A stretch of 57,351 nucleotides of DNA from Octopus bimaculoides. Lineage: Eukaryota. A model generated the notes under the pieces. The model saw nothing but the letters and a program-made list of their open reading frames with translations. It ran no database searches and was not told the origin of the DNA. Shown here in pieces: positions 1-12,340 of the stretch. The position numbers and the translations under genes were made by a program. The stretch lies in the NCBI RefSeq assembly GCF_001194135.2, contig NC_068982.1, forward strand, positions 97,326,284 to 97,383,634. The letters run 5' to 3'. The first letter of the stretch is position 1. Every line of letters begins with the position of its first letter.

Positions 1-170
1 TTGTAGTTGGGGATGGTCATATTGCCAGTTTAGCCAATAAAAACACACGCACTGTATATTTGGTGTTAATTTGCTTCAGCTTTATATTACATTAATCTTA
101 ATCTTATTTCGGCCAGAGTTCTTTCGTCACACTTCTGTGACCTCATCAGTGGTCCGTTGTTTCCTTCCTT
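1..170 (-). mobile_element. Hammerhead-bearing short repeat (Penelope-like pLTR / retrozyme-like), family HH-1, copy 1
   Basis: Positions 1-160 align by eye to 51706-51860, 51 kb away. Contains a hammerhead core on the minus strand. Confidence 0.7.
111..155 (-). ncRNA. Minimal type I hammerhead ribozyme motif
   Basis: Minus strand reads GGACCA-CUGAUGA-G-GUCACA(GAAG)UGUGAC-GAAA-GAAC-UC/UGGCC. All core nucleotides are present, stem II is 6 bp, stem I is GG(A)CCA/UGGCC, and stem III is only 1-2 bp. Confidence 0.75.
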
Positions 171-565
171 CTTATGTGTGTCTCACCTTGCTAAATATCA
201 GCCATTTTGTATATATATATGTATATTTTGTATATGTATATATATATATATATATATACATATCGTTAATTGCAGGTTCGTGACGATGTGAATTATAATG
301 AACTGAATAAAGTATTCAATATTATTCAGGGGAGTGGAATAATATATATTGAAAGTTGTCTATGCGAGTGGCTGTGTGAAGTTTGTAAGGATATGAACGA
401 AAACGAAAATCTGTCATTTGCGACTCATACAAACTCAGCTTTGAATCAATGTCATATGTTATATATAGCCTTCCCCTCTCTGTGTGTATATGTGAACACA
501 TAAGGGAGAATATATGGTCTGTATTTTATATATATTCGCCTTTTCCCTCCCAGTGTATGTAAATA

Positions 566-576
566 TACATACATGC

Positions 577-609
<33 letters not shown>

Positions 610-673
610 TGTATGTGTATGTATGTATGTATGTATATATATATATGTATATATGCGTGTGTGTATTATATAT

Positions 674-704
<31 letters not shown>

Positions 705-710
705 CATACA
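566..710. repeat. (TATG)n/(TACA)n compound microsatellite
   Basis: Direct reading. Confidence 0.95.
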
Positions 711-1172
711 AGTCAGGTGTGAGAGGTGAAGATAGATTTATTTATCCATATGCTATAGATATGGTTTCCAAATCGTTACGGCCGTTTCGTAACCTTCGTA
801 TAGCATTAATTTCAATATGCAAACAATTATATGTTCATGTTTGCATCAATATATATGCTCCGCGTTATAAAATATAAATATATATTCACAAATGAATGCA
901 AACAACAGAAAGTTTACTCATCAGATCATCGAAGCACAGCCACATCAACGCTTATGTGCATATGTAAATTTATGACTGTTTTATATTATAAATGAATATT
1001 GTATGCAATCTATGAAATAAAACCAGATGACAGTAAAATGATTCGTGAGCAACTCGTCCCTTCTTCATCCAAACATCGAAAGCGCCGTAGAAATTCATAT
1101 AATTTCCTCTCACATTAAGGCTTTCCAATATATAAATTTATTTCAGTCGTTCTGATTTACCCTGAGTTGTTC

Positions 1173-1203
<31 letters not shown>

Positions 1204-1245
1204 CATGCATGCATGCATGCATGCATACATACATACATACATACA

Positions 1246-1276
<31 letters not shown>

Positions 1277-1297
1277 TTACATACATATACATATATA
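1173..1297. repeat. (TACA)n/(TGCA)n microsatellite
   Basis: Direct reading. Confidence 0.95.
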
Positions 1298-1496
1298 TTG
1301 TTGTGTCTGGGGGAGAGTCATTCTCTTTTAGTGCCTTATTATTTAACACACTCACCGCTTAAAGTTTCCACTCATTTACTTATTTATTTTTCCTGTAATT
1401 TTTGCTGCGTCTTGCAACCTTTTCATTAGTCGTTTACCGGTGAGTGTGTTAAATAATAAGGCACTAAAAGAGAATGACTCTCCACAGACACAACAA
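1298..1496. mobile_element. Palindromic short element with ~60 bp inverted arms (MITE-like or Penelope-derived)
   Basis: 1298-1357 is the reverse complement of 1438-1496, with 1 substitution and 1 indel. The 80 bp spacer holds a decayed hammerhead-like core on the minus strand. Confidence 0.75.
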
Positions 1497-1677
1497 AATG
1501 TGCAACACACGAACTCACATAAAATATATACATACATATATATANNNNNNNNNNNNNNNNNNNNNNNNNNNNNNNNNNNNNNNNNNNNNNNNNNNNNNNN
1601 NNNNNNNNNNNNNNNNNNNNNNNNNNNNNNNNNNNNNNNNNNNNNNNNNNNNNNNNNNNNNNNNNNNNNNNNNNNNN

Positions 1678-1708
<31 letters not shown>

Positions 1709-2629
1709 TGAATTAGATTGGCGGTAAATGAGTGATTGAATAAGGGGATTGATGTTTCGGACTCATTTGTTCTTCATCAGAAAGAAACGAAGAGGACAGA
1801 TAGAAAAAGAGAATAATATGAAAAAAAGAAAACGAGACATCTTGTTTCTCATTTTTTTTTTATTCTCTTTAATCTCTGTACTTTTACAAAAAGGTCATAT
1901 TTTTTAAGTGAGGTGGAAATGGGAAGTGGGAGAAAATGGTGATGAGCTGAGTTTGTGTATGCTCCAGCTGTTGCATGTGTTTGTATGTGTTTTTTCTTTT
2001 CAGAATATGTACGTGGTCGTTTATTTTTTGTATACGAAGACAAGTGTGCGTATTTGTGTTAACTGAATATATGTGGACGCTTGCTTGTGTTTGTGTTAGA
2101 TCTTATGTTTAATGCTTCATAGAAAGCAGCAAGCATATGTTTGCTCTGTACGATTGGTATGCATATTGTTGTGTATTTGTATTTGACGAACGTGTATGTA
2201 TACTTGTGTCACTACTTGACGTATGTTTATATGAATATTCATTGCTGTTGTGCATGTGTGCCTGTACGAGTATGTTTTCAGAAATTTGTGCGTTTATTTT
2301 GTGTACGTGTGGGTAGACGTGAGTGTTTGTGTTTTTGTGAATGTGGAGGATATGTGTGTGTATGTTTGCATGTTTGTGTATGGCTCGTGAGTGTATGTCT
2401 ATGTGTTAATAGTAGATATGCGCGTCTGTGTATGTATTGAACTGTGGTGATGTTTATGTATGGTGCTTATGATGAGAAATAACAAATGTGTGTATGTGAT
2501 TCTTGCTTATGGTCAATAGTAGATATTTGTTTATTTGTTTGTGTGTGTACCGAATTGTTGAGTTGTGATGACTCCGTATGGATGCGTGTGTTTTCTTGAT
2601 ATACAAAAAAACTGCCAAAGAAAAATATA

Positions 2630-3130
2630 AAAAATTTAAACAATGCGACTGCAAAGCTCCAAAAGAGAATATACATTTCTGTCCTCTTCGTAGTGGGGAG
2701 GGTATCGGAGAACCAGCATATTCAGCAAGACAGAGAAAAGAGAGGTGCCAGGTGGTGTGGTCTGTTGGGTGGAAATGACAGATGATGCGACAGATGATCA
2801 GTTGTTGACGCGGATATCCTTTAAACTGCCCAGTGAATCTGTCAACTAATATCTCACCAGTTTGTCCAATGTAAGACGATCGTGATAATAAATGCTCTAA
2901 GTTGTATTTGAGATTCTTGGAGGTGCAGTGAAAGCGATTTGCAATACCGCAGGTAGTGTTTGTTAAAAACGGTAAGAGATGTTAATGAGGAAATGGCAAA
3001 TGTGACATCGGGATGGGGCCAAGGGAAAGATCCAAGTCGGAGACCAGAGGTAGAGGAGGAGCTATGGACTTATGTGTCATGTCGGTACGATAAAAGGAGA
3101 GGAAGGTATATGTCTGTGGCTTCCGTTGTG
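2630..3130 (-). mobile_element. Decayed Penelope-like element, GIY-YIG endonuclease region
   Basis: Minus translation gives NRFHCTSKNLKYNLEHLLSRSSYIGQTGEILVDRFTGQF, followed by CHFHP...HLSFLCL...EQ-like CIFSFGALQSHCLN. This matches the F-T-C-x-S-x-N-L-I-Y...Y-I-G-Q-T-G-R-x-L-x-x-R-F pattern of PLE GIY-YIG domains. Frameshifted. Confidence 0.65.
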
Positions 3131-3399
3131 GGACTTCTAACTCGACCAGTTCGCGGTGCCAGAATTTTCAAAAACTACAGGCTATCGTACTTTGCCTCAA
3201 TGATCGATCATACACCCAATAATCGGAGTGACTCCGGACACCTATCAACAAGATCAATGACTACAACCACACCTACAACCTTACAGATTTCATAATGATT
3301 AGCATGGATATTTTATCGTTATTTCCATCTAATGAAATTGATTGTGCCGTAGGGATAGTTTTGCATGAGTTATGTGATGTTTCGCGATGTTCATACTAA

Positions 3400-4560
3400 A
3401 GAATTGGTACCACTCCTAAAGCTAACATATGATAATGGCTATTTAGAAAGATATGGTATAAAGCGATTTCCCCCACTTGACCTAAACGAAGCAGTTCACC
3501 CACTATTACTGCAGTCATATAAAAGATCTCACTGATCATTGAAAAAATCAAATCAAACCAATCCTAAATCCACAGAATCATGCTCAGTTGAAAAGTATGA
3601 GCGTACAAGTTGTTGCCAGCTTTGTATAGAAACACAACTGAAGTAACAACTATTTAAATAATAAGGAATATGATCAATAAAAGCGAGTGGCCATCAGTGT
3701 AAGTGCTCTTGATAATATGGCCAGTCAGGTAGGACAAAAGACTTTAGCTTCCAGTAGAGAAAGCAGCAATTACAACTATGCATTCTAAATACGTGGGCGA
3801 CAGGAATCTGATGTTAACAGAAGCCATACAAAACTGTACCCAAGAATTAGAAAACAAGAGCACCGTAGGGAGCAGAGTATTTAGCACACACAGCTTATAT
3901 ATCCATCGGAATACTAACATGACACTTGTTATCCGTCAAAACATTTCAGTAGAAGGGTGTCCGCTCTAGTAACTAAACTCTGCCTGAAAACAATATAGAA
4001 TAAAATACAAATCCTCCATTCGCATTACATGAAAACCATAGCCACGAAACAACTTTTTCGCCGGAGACCCGCTCCAGCAGAAAACACAAAATAAACATCC
4101 GGACAGCAGATGAAAAATGTTTCTAGCACGTGTCAGTCTATGAACTACAAAAAATGCAGATGAAATTTCATACATGGAACTCAAGAAAAGGTTTCAAACC
4201 ACCATAAAAAGGATTAGAATGAAGTAAATCCGGCACAGATTAGAAAGGACAAATAAGAAACCGTGTAGATTCGTGGTACGAAAACAAGTTCCTAGAAGTA
4301 AAGTTTGTTGACATCATCTCCAGAGGCGATCTAGCTTACAGGTGTAAAAAGGCTTTAGACAGTATAAAATTATGATATTCAGATTCAAAATAACCTCCTG
4401 TGCCCATAACAATCGCAAGATCTGCGAAACAAATCAGCAAATAACTATAGAACTAGAGAAGTTGTACAACGCATGGGATGCACAAAAGAATAATGTAAAG
4501 TATTACTATTTATATAGGAGAAACGGAGCATAGCATAACAGAAAGGTAGAACGTTGTCGC
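3400..4560 (+). mobile_element. Highly decayed R4/Dong-type (RLE) LINE 3' region
   Basis: Fragmentary translations NVSSTCQSM (CCHC-finger region), WYENKFLEV, and ITIELEKLYNAW...NGA (RLE tail). Many stops. Confidence 0.4.
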
Positions 4561-5647
4561 GAAAAACGAAAAAGTAATTAATATCAATAATTCACCTACA
4601 ATGTCAAAGCAAAACATAATAGTTCGATAGATAACATCGAGATAAACATATTTTCTGCATATCTATTAGACTCAACATCGAACACACAAAAGTTACAGAA
4701 GCAATATACTCACTAAATTCAAAATCTGAGCCCACGGATTCCTTAAACTGCAAGTATGAATTGAATAGCACCACGTTCGAAATCGATAATTAACACCTCA
4801 TTTAAAATAGAAATTAACCCCCATTACTAACACATCCCAAACAAATTGTTGAAAATAGTATTGACATATAAATTCTAGTACGCAATGTATAACAACATAA
4901 CACATGAATACAAAGTGAAGGATTATCCTACTATACCATTACGCTTATGTGCGTATACGTATAGTACAATAGTTACGTGCATGCATGCCGATGAGTTACA
5001 TGAATGTTTGCAAGCGTTATGAGTGTTTGTGTGTGTGCGTGAAAAAAAAAACACTGCGTTAAATAGTTGCGATGGCAATAAAACACATATAACAAAAATG
5101 GATAATGAAAATGAATAACAAGCCTCAAAGAAAAGGAATAGAAAATAACAACAGCAACTACTTCTACAATAAATATACACAGTCAAGTATATATGTATAC
5201 GCATATATATATATATATATCTTCAGGTGTAATGAAGTCTAAAGTCCAAAAGTTCAATACAAGTTCGGCACTTATGTAGACATTCACCATCACGTACCAG
5301 TAGCATCTATCTAATAAATCATACTTGCACACGCACTTGCGCGTGTGTGTAGATACGGTTTTTAAGTGGTGATAGTGTGAGAGCATAAGAAGAGCACATT
5401 GCATTTAACAAGGTTACTGGATGTGATGAAAGAAATTCAACAAACCAATTAATCAATTAATTAAATAATTCACGTATTTAAATGAGTTAACTAATTATTT
5501 ATTTAATTGATAATAAAACTAGCGATGTGTGTGTTAACTTTCCCATAATGCAAGTGTATTTAGTTCGATACACGATTTCATATCAAGACTCATGCAAATC
5601 AAACATGTATATAGTTAATGAGAATGTGAGGTGTTAGTGTGAGTGTC

Positions 5648-5648
5648 T

Positions 5649-5697
<49 letters not shown>

Positions 5698-5722
5698 CGT
5701 GTTTGTGAGTGCGTGCGTGTGT
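5648..5722. repeat. (GT)n microsatellite
   Basis: Direct reading. Confidence 0.95.
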
Positions 5723-6361
5723 CTAATCATTACGTAGGGTGAGAAAACGTGAATGTAAGTAGGTGGGAGCGAGCACGAATGTGAGGTAAGGGCTAAAACA
5801 AGGGGTATATGGAGGGTGTGATAGAAGTGTGTGCAAAGCTTGGATGCGAGATGCTATTACACAGAAACAAGGTATGAACACAAGAAACGAAAGTGAAGAA
5901 AACATATTTAAAAATTTCAAAACACTGGTGAAGAGTCCGTGGAAGTTATATTGTTTATAATGAACGAGAGGAAAAGTACTCAATGCATAATGTGAAATNN
6001 NNNNNNNNNNNNNNNNNNNNNNNNNNNNNNNNNNNNNNNNNNNNNNNNNNNNNNNNNNNNNNNNNNNNNNNNNNNNNNNNNNNNNNNNNNNNNNNNNNNN
6101 NNNNNNNNNNNNNNNNNNNNNNNNNNNNNNNNNNNNNNNNNNNNNNNNNNNNNNNNNNNNNNNNNNNNNNNNNNNNNNNNNNNNNNNNNNNNNNNNNNNN
6201 NNNNNNNNNNNNNNNNNNNNNNNNNNNNNNNNNNNNNNNNNNNNNNNNNNNNNNNNNNNNNNNNNNNNNNNNNNTATATATATATATATGTATATATAAA
6301 CACACACACACACACAAACACACACATACACACACACACACACACACGCACACACACACAC

Positions 6362-6435
6362 ATTGTTCTTTAACAAGAATAGTATTGACGACGTGACTTT
6401 GAAGTTTCGGCCCACTGAGTTATCATCGAATTGTT
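6362..6435 (-). mobile_element. Short repeat (family HH-3) with decayed hammerhead-like motif
   Basis: 6363-6404 matches the reverse complement of 25867-25907. Minus strand reads UCGAUGA-UAACUC(AGU)GGGCC-GAAA-CUU(CA)AAG-UC. Confidence 0.45.
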
Positions 6436-7315
6436 TTAGCAGGTCCAAACTTCAAGATCACTGTCAGTACTACTCTTGTTTAAGGATAATACATACGTAC
6501 TCTACAAAACGTATTCAGTTTAATATAAAATTGCTTTTACTGCAACTTGGCATAAAAAAAAACATTAATACGCATACATACAACAGACCCCGTGCGCACA
6601 CACACATACACATATATAGATACACACATACATATGCAAAATTCCTTCTACCATTACTTGAAGTTTCCCGAATACTCGATTAGTCAGCCATGCTGGGCTG
6701 TAATGGAAATGATTCTTTCATTATAGACTGAAATATTCGCCAGATATATTTATATCGTAAAGCTAAAGTAACCAGAGAGGATATCGTCCAAATGTGTGTG
6801 TATGTCATACGTATGCACATATCTATGGGTTTTATTTAAGTTCTTATGAGAGTTCAAGCCGGTCGCTAACAAAGTGACAAGACTTTTTGAGTAAACAAAA
6901 TTGCCGGTGTTTGTAAAAACGTGCTTGAGCTGCCGATGCACACACACCGATGTGTGTGCATCTGTTCATCAAAAGAATCTCAGATGGAGAATCTTTGGAA
7001 TGTCTTACAAATTTTCACTGTGCCGCTAATAGTTTGGATTTGGAGAAACCACGTCAGTTTCTTCAAGAAACCTAGTATTTCTAGGTTTTTGTGTAAATTC
7101 ATAGGTACATAGCCGAATGCAGCTATGATGATAAGAACAAATGAGAACTTATAGCTAATGAGAACTTATAGCCAAGAGCTGTAAGTTCCACATTAATTCA
7201 CCATAAATCTCTTTTTTCCTGAACTATTAATAGTATATTCACATTTGCAGGGCAACTGACCTCTACGGCAGTGCATGACTTTTGTTTCCTGTCCTATAGA
7301 ACAATATCAGGTCAG

Positions 7316-7455
7316 TTATGTTATGTTATGTTATGTTATGTTATGTATGTATGTATGTATGTATGTATGTATCTATGTATGCATTTATGTACATATATGT
7401 ACGCATGTATGTATGTTTGTCTGGATGTTTGTATATATGCACACACACACATATG

Positions 7456-7494
<39 letters not shown>

Positions 7495-7600
7495 GCACAT
7501 ATACACATATATGTGTATATAGTATATATATATATCTGTGTGTGTGTGTGTGTATATATATATATGTATACACACACATATATACACGTATACATACATA
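7316..7600. repeat. Compound (TTATG)n/(TATG)n/(TA)n/(TG)n microsatellite
   Basis: Direct reading. Confidence 0.95.
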
Positions 7601-9429
7601 TTTAGACTCTCTGATGAATAAGATTGACTAATATTAACCCCACGAAACCTTTGGGTATAAGAAAGTAATCCGGTTCACGAATGGTCAATCATAACAGACG
7701 CACTTCTAATGCACTATCCACTATTAAAATACAAGTAAGAATTGAATGCCTTATATTTTTGCACAACACCCAAGCAAACAAATACTCTATGCATTTATGT
7801 GTACGGATATCCAAACACACATTTATATATCCATTATTCTGGCTATCATTTTTTTTCTGTCATTTTAAACCTATCTGGCTATTACTTCACCAACTCCGCC
7901 TTCTGTATCACTATCTTCTCTTCAGTTCATCATCTTTACTCGACTCAACAGCCGTACCCTGTCCTCCGTTTCTGCTCTACATCCCCGTCCTGTCGCCACC
8001 TTCATCTCACTTTCTTCTCTTAATATTCATTGCATCGGTTATGAGAAATCGATTTTCCGACGTACGAGATTAGAGGAGGCGTGTGAAGGTGAGAAAGGGT
8101 GAGAGAAGGAGGCAATGAAAGGAAGAAACGCAGGATATGGAAAAAGGAAAGCGCTTGGGAGAGAGAGAGATAGAGAGATGGGAGGATGGATAGAAGAGAG
8201 TAAAAAAGAGACAAGAGAGAGATATAAGAGGAAGTAAAGGAAGAAGTAAACAGTAAGAAATGAATATCACGAGAAACATCGGGTGGCGTGGGGGAGAGAC
8301 TAAATTAGAATGATAAAATATTTCTAAAGGAATGTCAAGAATTCCTACGAAGTCAATTGACAGAATTTATGCAACATCATCATCCTTTTCCTCCTCCTCC
8401 TTCTCCTCCGCCTCATCATCATCATTAACAACAACAACAACAACAACAGAAACAATTGTTTTTAATTAGGCATAAACCTGACATTTTAGAAGGATACTAT
8501 CTTCCTAAAATTCCAGTACTTTACGCATATATTATTTTATCGACCCTGGAGAGATTAAAAGTAAAGTTGATCTCGGCGGGATTTGAAACTAGAATGTAAA
8601 TGGACAGCATTTATAGCATAAGACATTTTTTCCAGCACTCTAACGATTATGTCAATCCATCGTTATCGTCATCATCAGCAACAACAACAACAACAACACT
8701 AATAATTCTTTCTACTAAAGACACAAGGCCTGAAATTTTGGGGGAGGGGGCGTTTGAACTGAGAATGTAAAGCCGGAAGTTAGCAGATGGTCTACTTGTA
8801 ATTAGTCGCTTCCTCTTTTCTCATATATCGGTGACCTTAGACGACTTTCTCTAGAAGCCAATGACCTACATATTAGTCGCTTGGGTTCCTGAAACCTACC
8901 TATGAATAACAGTTAGTTTTCTTCCAACAAACAAGAGACCTACTTATAAATATAACGACTGGTTTTCTTCATATGAACAATAGACCTATAAATAAAGAAT
9001 GGCTCGCAGTATTCCCCAAAAGCCGGTGACTTGCCTATGTACCCTATCTCTTCCTATAAAATAGCGATCTACCTATAACTGATATTTAGAGTTTTACTTT
9101 AGACAAGTGATCTACATGTTATTGGTTGTCAGATATCTTTTTATACTTCATCTTTTCCTATACATCAGTGACTCTTATCTGATGACTGACAAATAATTAG
9201 TCGCCTCGACTCTTCTTACTCATCGGTGGCCTCCATATATTTTGTGACTTGGATAATTCCTATAAAATCGACGATGTTCCTATAAAATCGTAACTTATTT
9301 ATAACTGTTGTTTAGACATTTTCTATAATCCGCCAATTTCCATATAATTTGTTGCCAGGTGACTTACAATATGCCGCTGATCAATTTGTAAATGGTTGCA
9401 TGGACAACTTTCTATAACCCTGTCACCTA

Positions 9430-10150
9430 CCTATCATTTTCATTTGACTGGTGTGGAGGAAGCACACGTCACAATGATGAAGTTTGCTGGAAAGACACTG
9501 ATTCAAAAGACATGACGCAACTGGCTTCCATAGACGAGCAGTTTTGCTTGGAGAATGGCGTCCCACACACAATCGAAAGCCTTGCGGGTGTCTTGTGCAA
9601 CAACAGCCTACGAAATTTCTCGTGGAAGAGGATCCACGAGTAAGACAGAAGAGTAGACCTGACTTAACGGGAACCGTAGTAGTTTGTGGTTAAGAAAGTG
9701 AAAGATTCAACATGTTGCAGAAGGTTGTTATTAGGGACCGTCTCCCATACCTCAGAGATATCGGATGTGAGTGTGTTGGGACGATTGTTGGTACGGTCAG
9801 AGAGGATTGTCATTCATGGCATGGGACACATAGTTGCATGTTTCAAAGATCGAAGTATAATATCCCTGTAAATTGAGATTGATGTGTTTGGTGCGGATAG
9901 AGGCCATCTACCAGACGCGTTGCTTAAGGGAAATTGTTAAGGCCAGTGACCTTGTTGTTTGAAGTAACCGGATGTGCTTCGCATTTGGCGTTTATGTGTC
10001 GGCTTTGGTGAACCTGGTGAACGGAAAAGAATAGTTTTGGTGTAGATTTGCTTAATGGGTGCAACATGAAGTTGGACACAAACCATCCAGAGAATCTAAT
10101 GGTTATTGTTGGTGGGAACATTACAGAACCATTATGGTGGAGATACGTAT
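9430..10150 (-). mobile_element. Decayed CR1/L2-like LINE reverse transcriptase fragment
   Basis: Minus translations NRPNTLTSDISEVWETVPNNNLLQHVES...YGSR and AVVAQDTRKAFDCVWDAILQAKLLVYG correspond to the YRPISLTS...YGFR and DISKAFDRVW..LL.KL..YG RT motifs. Confidence 0.65.
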
Positions 10151-10435
10151 GGATGAGTGGTTTATGGATTGATAGAATGCTTTATAGATTAATAAGAAGA
10201 ATCTAAATGATCAATTATATGCAGATTACTGGTTTAGAGGAAGATTTGTCTGATAACCGATATACAGGAAGAGTCGAAGCGACTAACTACAGGTAGAGCA
10301 TCTGTTAATTAGTGAGTTTCTTTCTTCCTACAAACCAAATGACCACTAGCAAGAATAAAAAAACCGGTTGGTTTTCTTCCTATATGTAAAAGACCTTTAA
10401 ATAATGACTTTGAGCCTTCCTATAAAACGATGATC

Positions 10436-10580
10436 TACGAGGGGTGTTTATTAAAAATTTCCCCTGACCCACTACCAGTTATTGCAGGACATGGGACCTA
10501 TATGATTATACATCTCTCTACATTGTATCTATCGTTGGTGACATACTGAAAAATTAGAGCTTGGAATTTTCCAATAAAGA
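10436..10580 (+). mobile_element. Truncated mariner-like left end
   Basis: Begins TA-CGAGGGGTGTTTATTAAAAATT, which resembles mariner TIR starts and the TACGAGAGGAAGTCAAAAATT end at 16024. No partner TIR seen. Confidence 0.35.
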
Positions 10581-10644
10581 AGAAATTTACCAATAATTAG
10601 TTGCTTAGAGTCTTCCTCTGAACAGATGTCTTGCGGAGAATCTA

Positions 10645-10803
10645 GGGGAGGCTGTGTGGTAAGTAGCTAGCTTACCAACCACATGGTTCCGGGTTCAGTC
10701 CCACTGCGTGGCACCTTGGGTAAGTGTTTTCTGCTATAGCCTCGGGCCGACCAAAGCCTTGTGAGTGGATTTGGTAGACGGAAACTGAAAGAAGCCTGTG
10801 GTA

Positions 10804-10866
<63 letters not shown>

Positions 10867-11061
10867 ATATGTTTGTCCCCCCAACATCGCTTGACAACCG
10901 ATGGTGGTGTGTTTATGTCCCCGTAACTTAGCGGTTCGGCAAAAGAGACCGATTGAATAAGTACTAGGATTACAAAGAATAAGTCCTGGGGTTTATTTGC
11001 TCGACTAAAGGCGGTGCTCCAGCATGGCCGCAGTCAAATGACTGAAACAAATAAAAGAGTA
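10645..11061 (+). mobile_element. tRNA-derived SINE family A with internal (TA)n
   Basis: A-box-like GGCTGTGTGG and B-box-like GGTTCAGTCCC. Near-identical copies at 43221-43646 and 24781-25165 (minus). AAAAGAGT tail. Confidence 0.85.
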
Positions 11062-11979
11062 TATCCAGGTGACTCCTGACAAGGAACGTGTGAAAATCAT
11101 TTACCTACGAATTCTTTCTCCAGACATCAGCTCTCTGGAACTTCCGCCTTATGTTTTATCTAGCATTTGTCAACTTGCAATTTTTCAAAAACATCAACCG
11201 CGTCAATCTCACCAACCTTGTAGATAGGTAGTGAAGGCCATTGGCACATCTGCCTTCCTCCACAGCATATCATTAAAAATGTCACGGAAGGTCACCGACT
11301 TAGAGGAAAAGTCATCAGAGTTCACTGCAGTTCATCGGAGTTCACCAGTTATTATATGAAGAGTCACCGGAGGACAACGGTTTATAGAAAGAGTTCAGAT
11401 TACAAATTGTTCGTCAAAATTATGTTAGAATTTCCTTTAAGTTTTATCCAAAATTTGAACACATGAAATATTTAGAGAGAGAAAAAAATAAGTAAACAAA
11501 TAAATGATTGTTGAGTTCCGACAAAATGCAACCATAATAGTTCCAATATTCCTTTACGTAGAATTTGCATAATACGGAAATTACTTTAACTTTGTTTATG
11601 TAGAACAATTTAACAATCGTATGATTGTGTGACAAAACAATCCACACTTCGAATATTACATTAGTTCGTACAAAATGACGAAAGACTTTAAAGTTACAAT
11701 AAAACACGTCAGCTGTTATAATGTGTTGTCTTTGAGTATATTAAGAAACGCCCCTGACCTAAAGGTTGAAAGAGAGTGGAGGAGGAGTAGAGAGTATTGA
11801 AGATTGAAATAGAAGCAGAACAGTTTATTAACTTGCTGCTTTTTTTTTTCTTTTTTCTTTTTTTTTGCTTTAATTTTGCTGACAACTTTCCGGAAAACTC
11901 AACCATACGTGCTCCGGAAATGACACAATTATTCCATTTTTACTGCTAACTCTGAAGTCTATGCCAATATTACGGATAG

Positions 11980-12306
11980 CCATACATACATACATACACG
12001 CATAAATGCATACATACATACATACATACATACATACATACATACATAATGCATACATACATACACATATATATACATGCATATACACATTTCTATATGC
12101 GTGTGTGTGTAAGTGTATATATATATAAATATCACTATGCACATATATATTCATACAGGTATAATTATATATATATATATGTGTGCGTGTGTATGTATAT
12201 ATATGTGTGTGTGTGTATATATATGAATAAGCAAGTACATATATACATGTATAAATATGTAAATATTGATATTAACACTGCATATGAATATATTTATATA
12301 TACACA

Positions 12307-12340
<34 letters not shown>
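11980..12340. repeat. Compound (TACA)n/(TA)n/(TG)n microsatellite field
   Basis: Direct reading. Confidence 0.9.

Noticed and set aside
270-503. 77 aa ORF after a TGCAG acceptor-like site
   Set aside because: No polypyrimidine tract, no clear donor, no recognisable domain.
890-925. CUGAUGA followed by a hairpin on minus
   Set aside because: No GAAA after the stem, so not a hammerhead.
6935-6962. 12 bp perfect hairpin with CCGA loop
   Set aside because: The arms are mostly CA/TG microsatellite, and there is no CTRR terminus to support a Helitron end.
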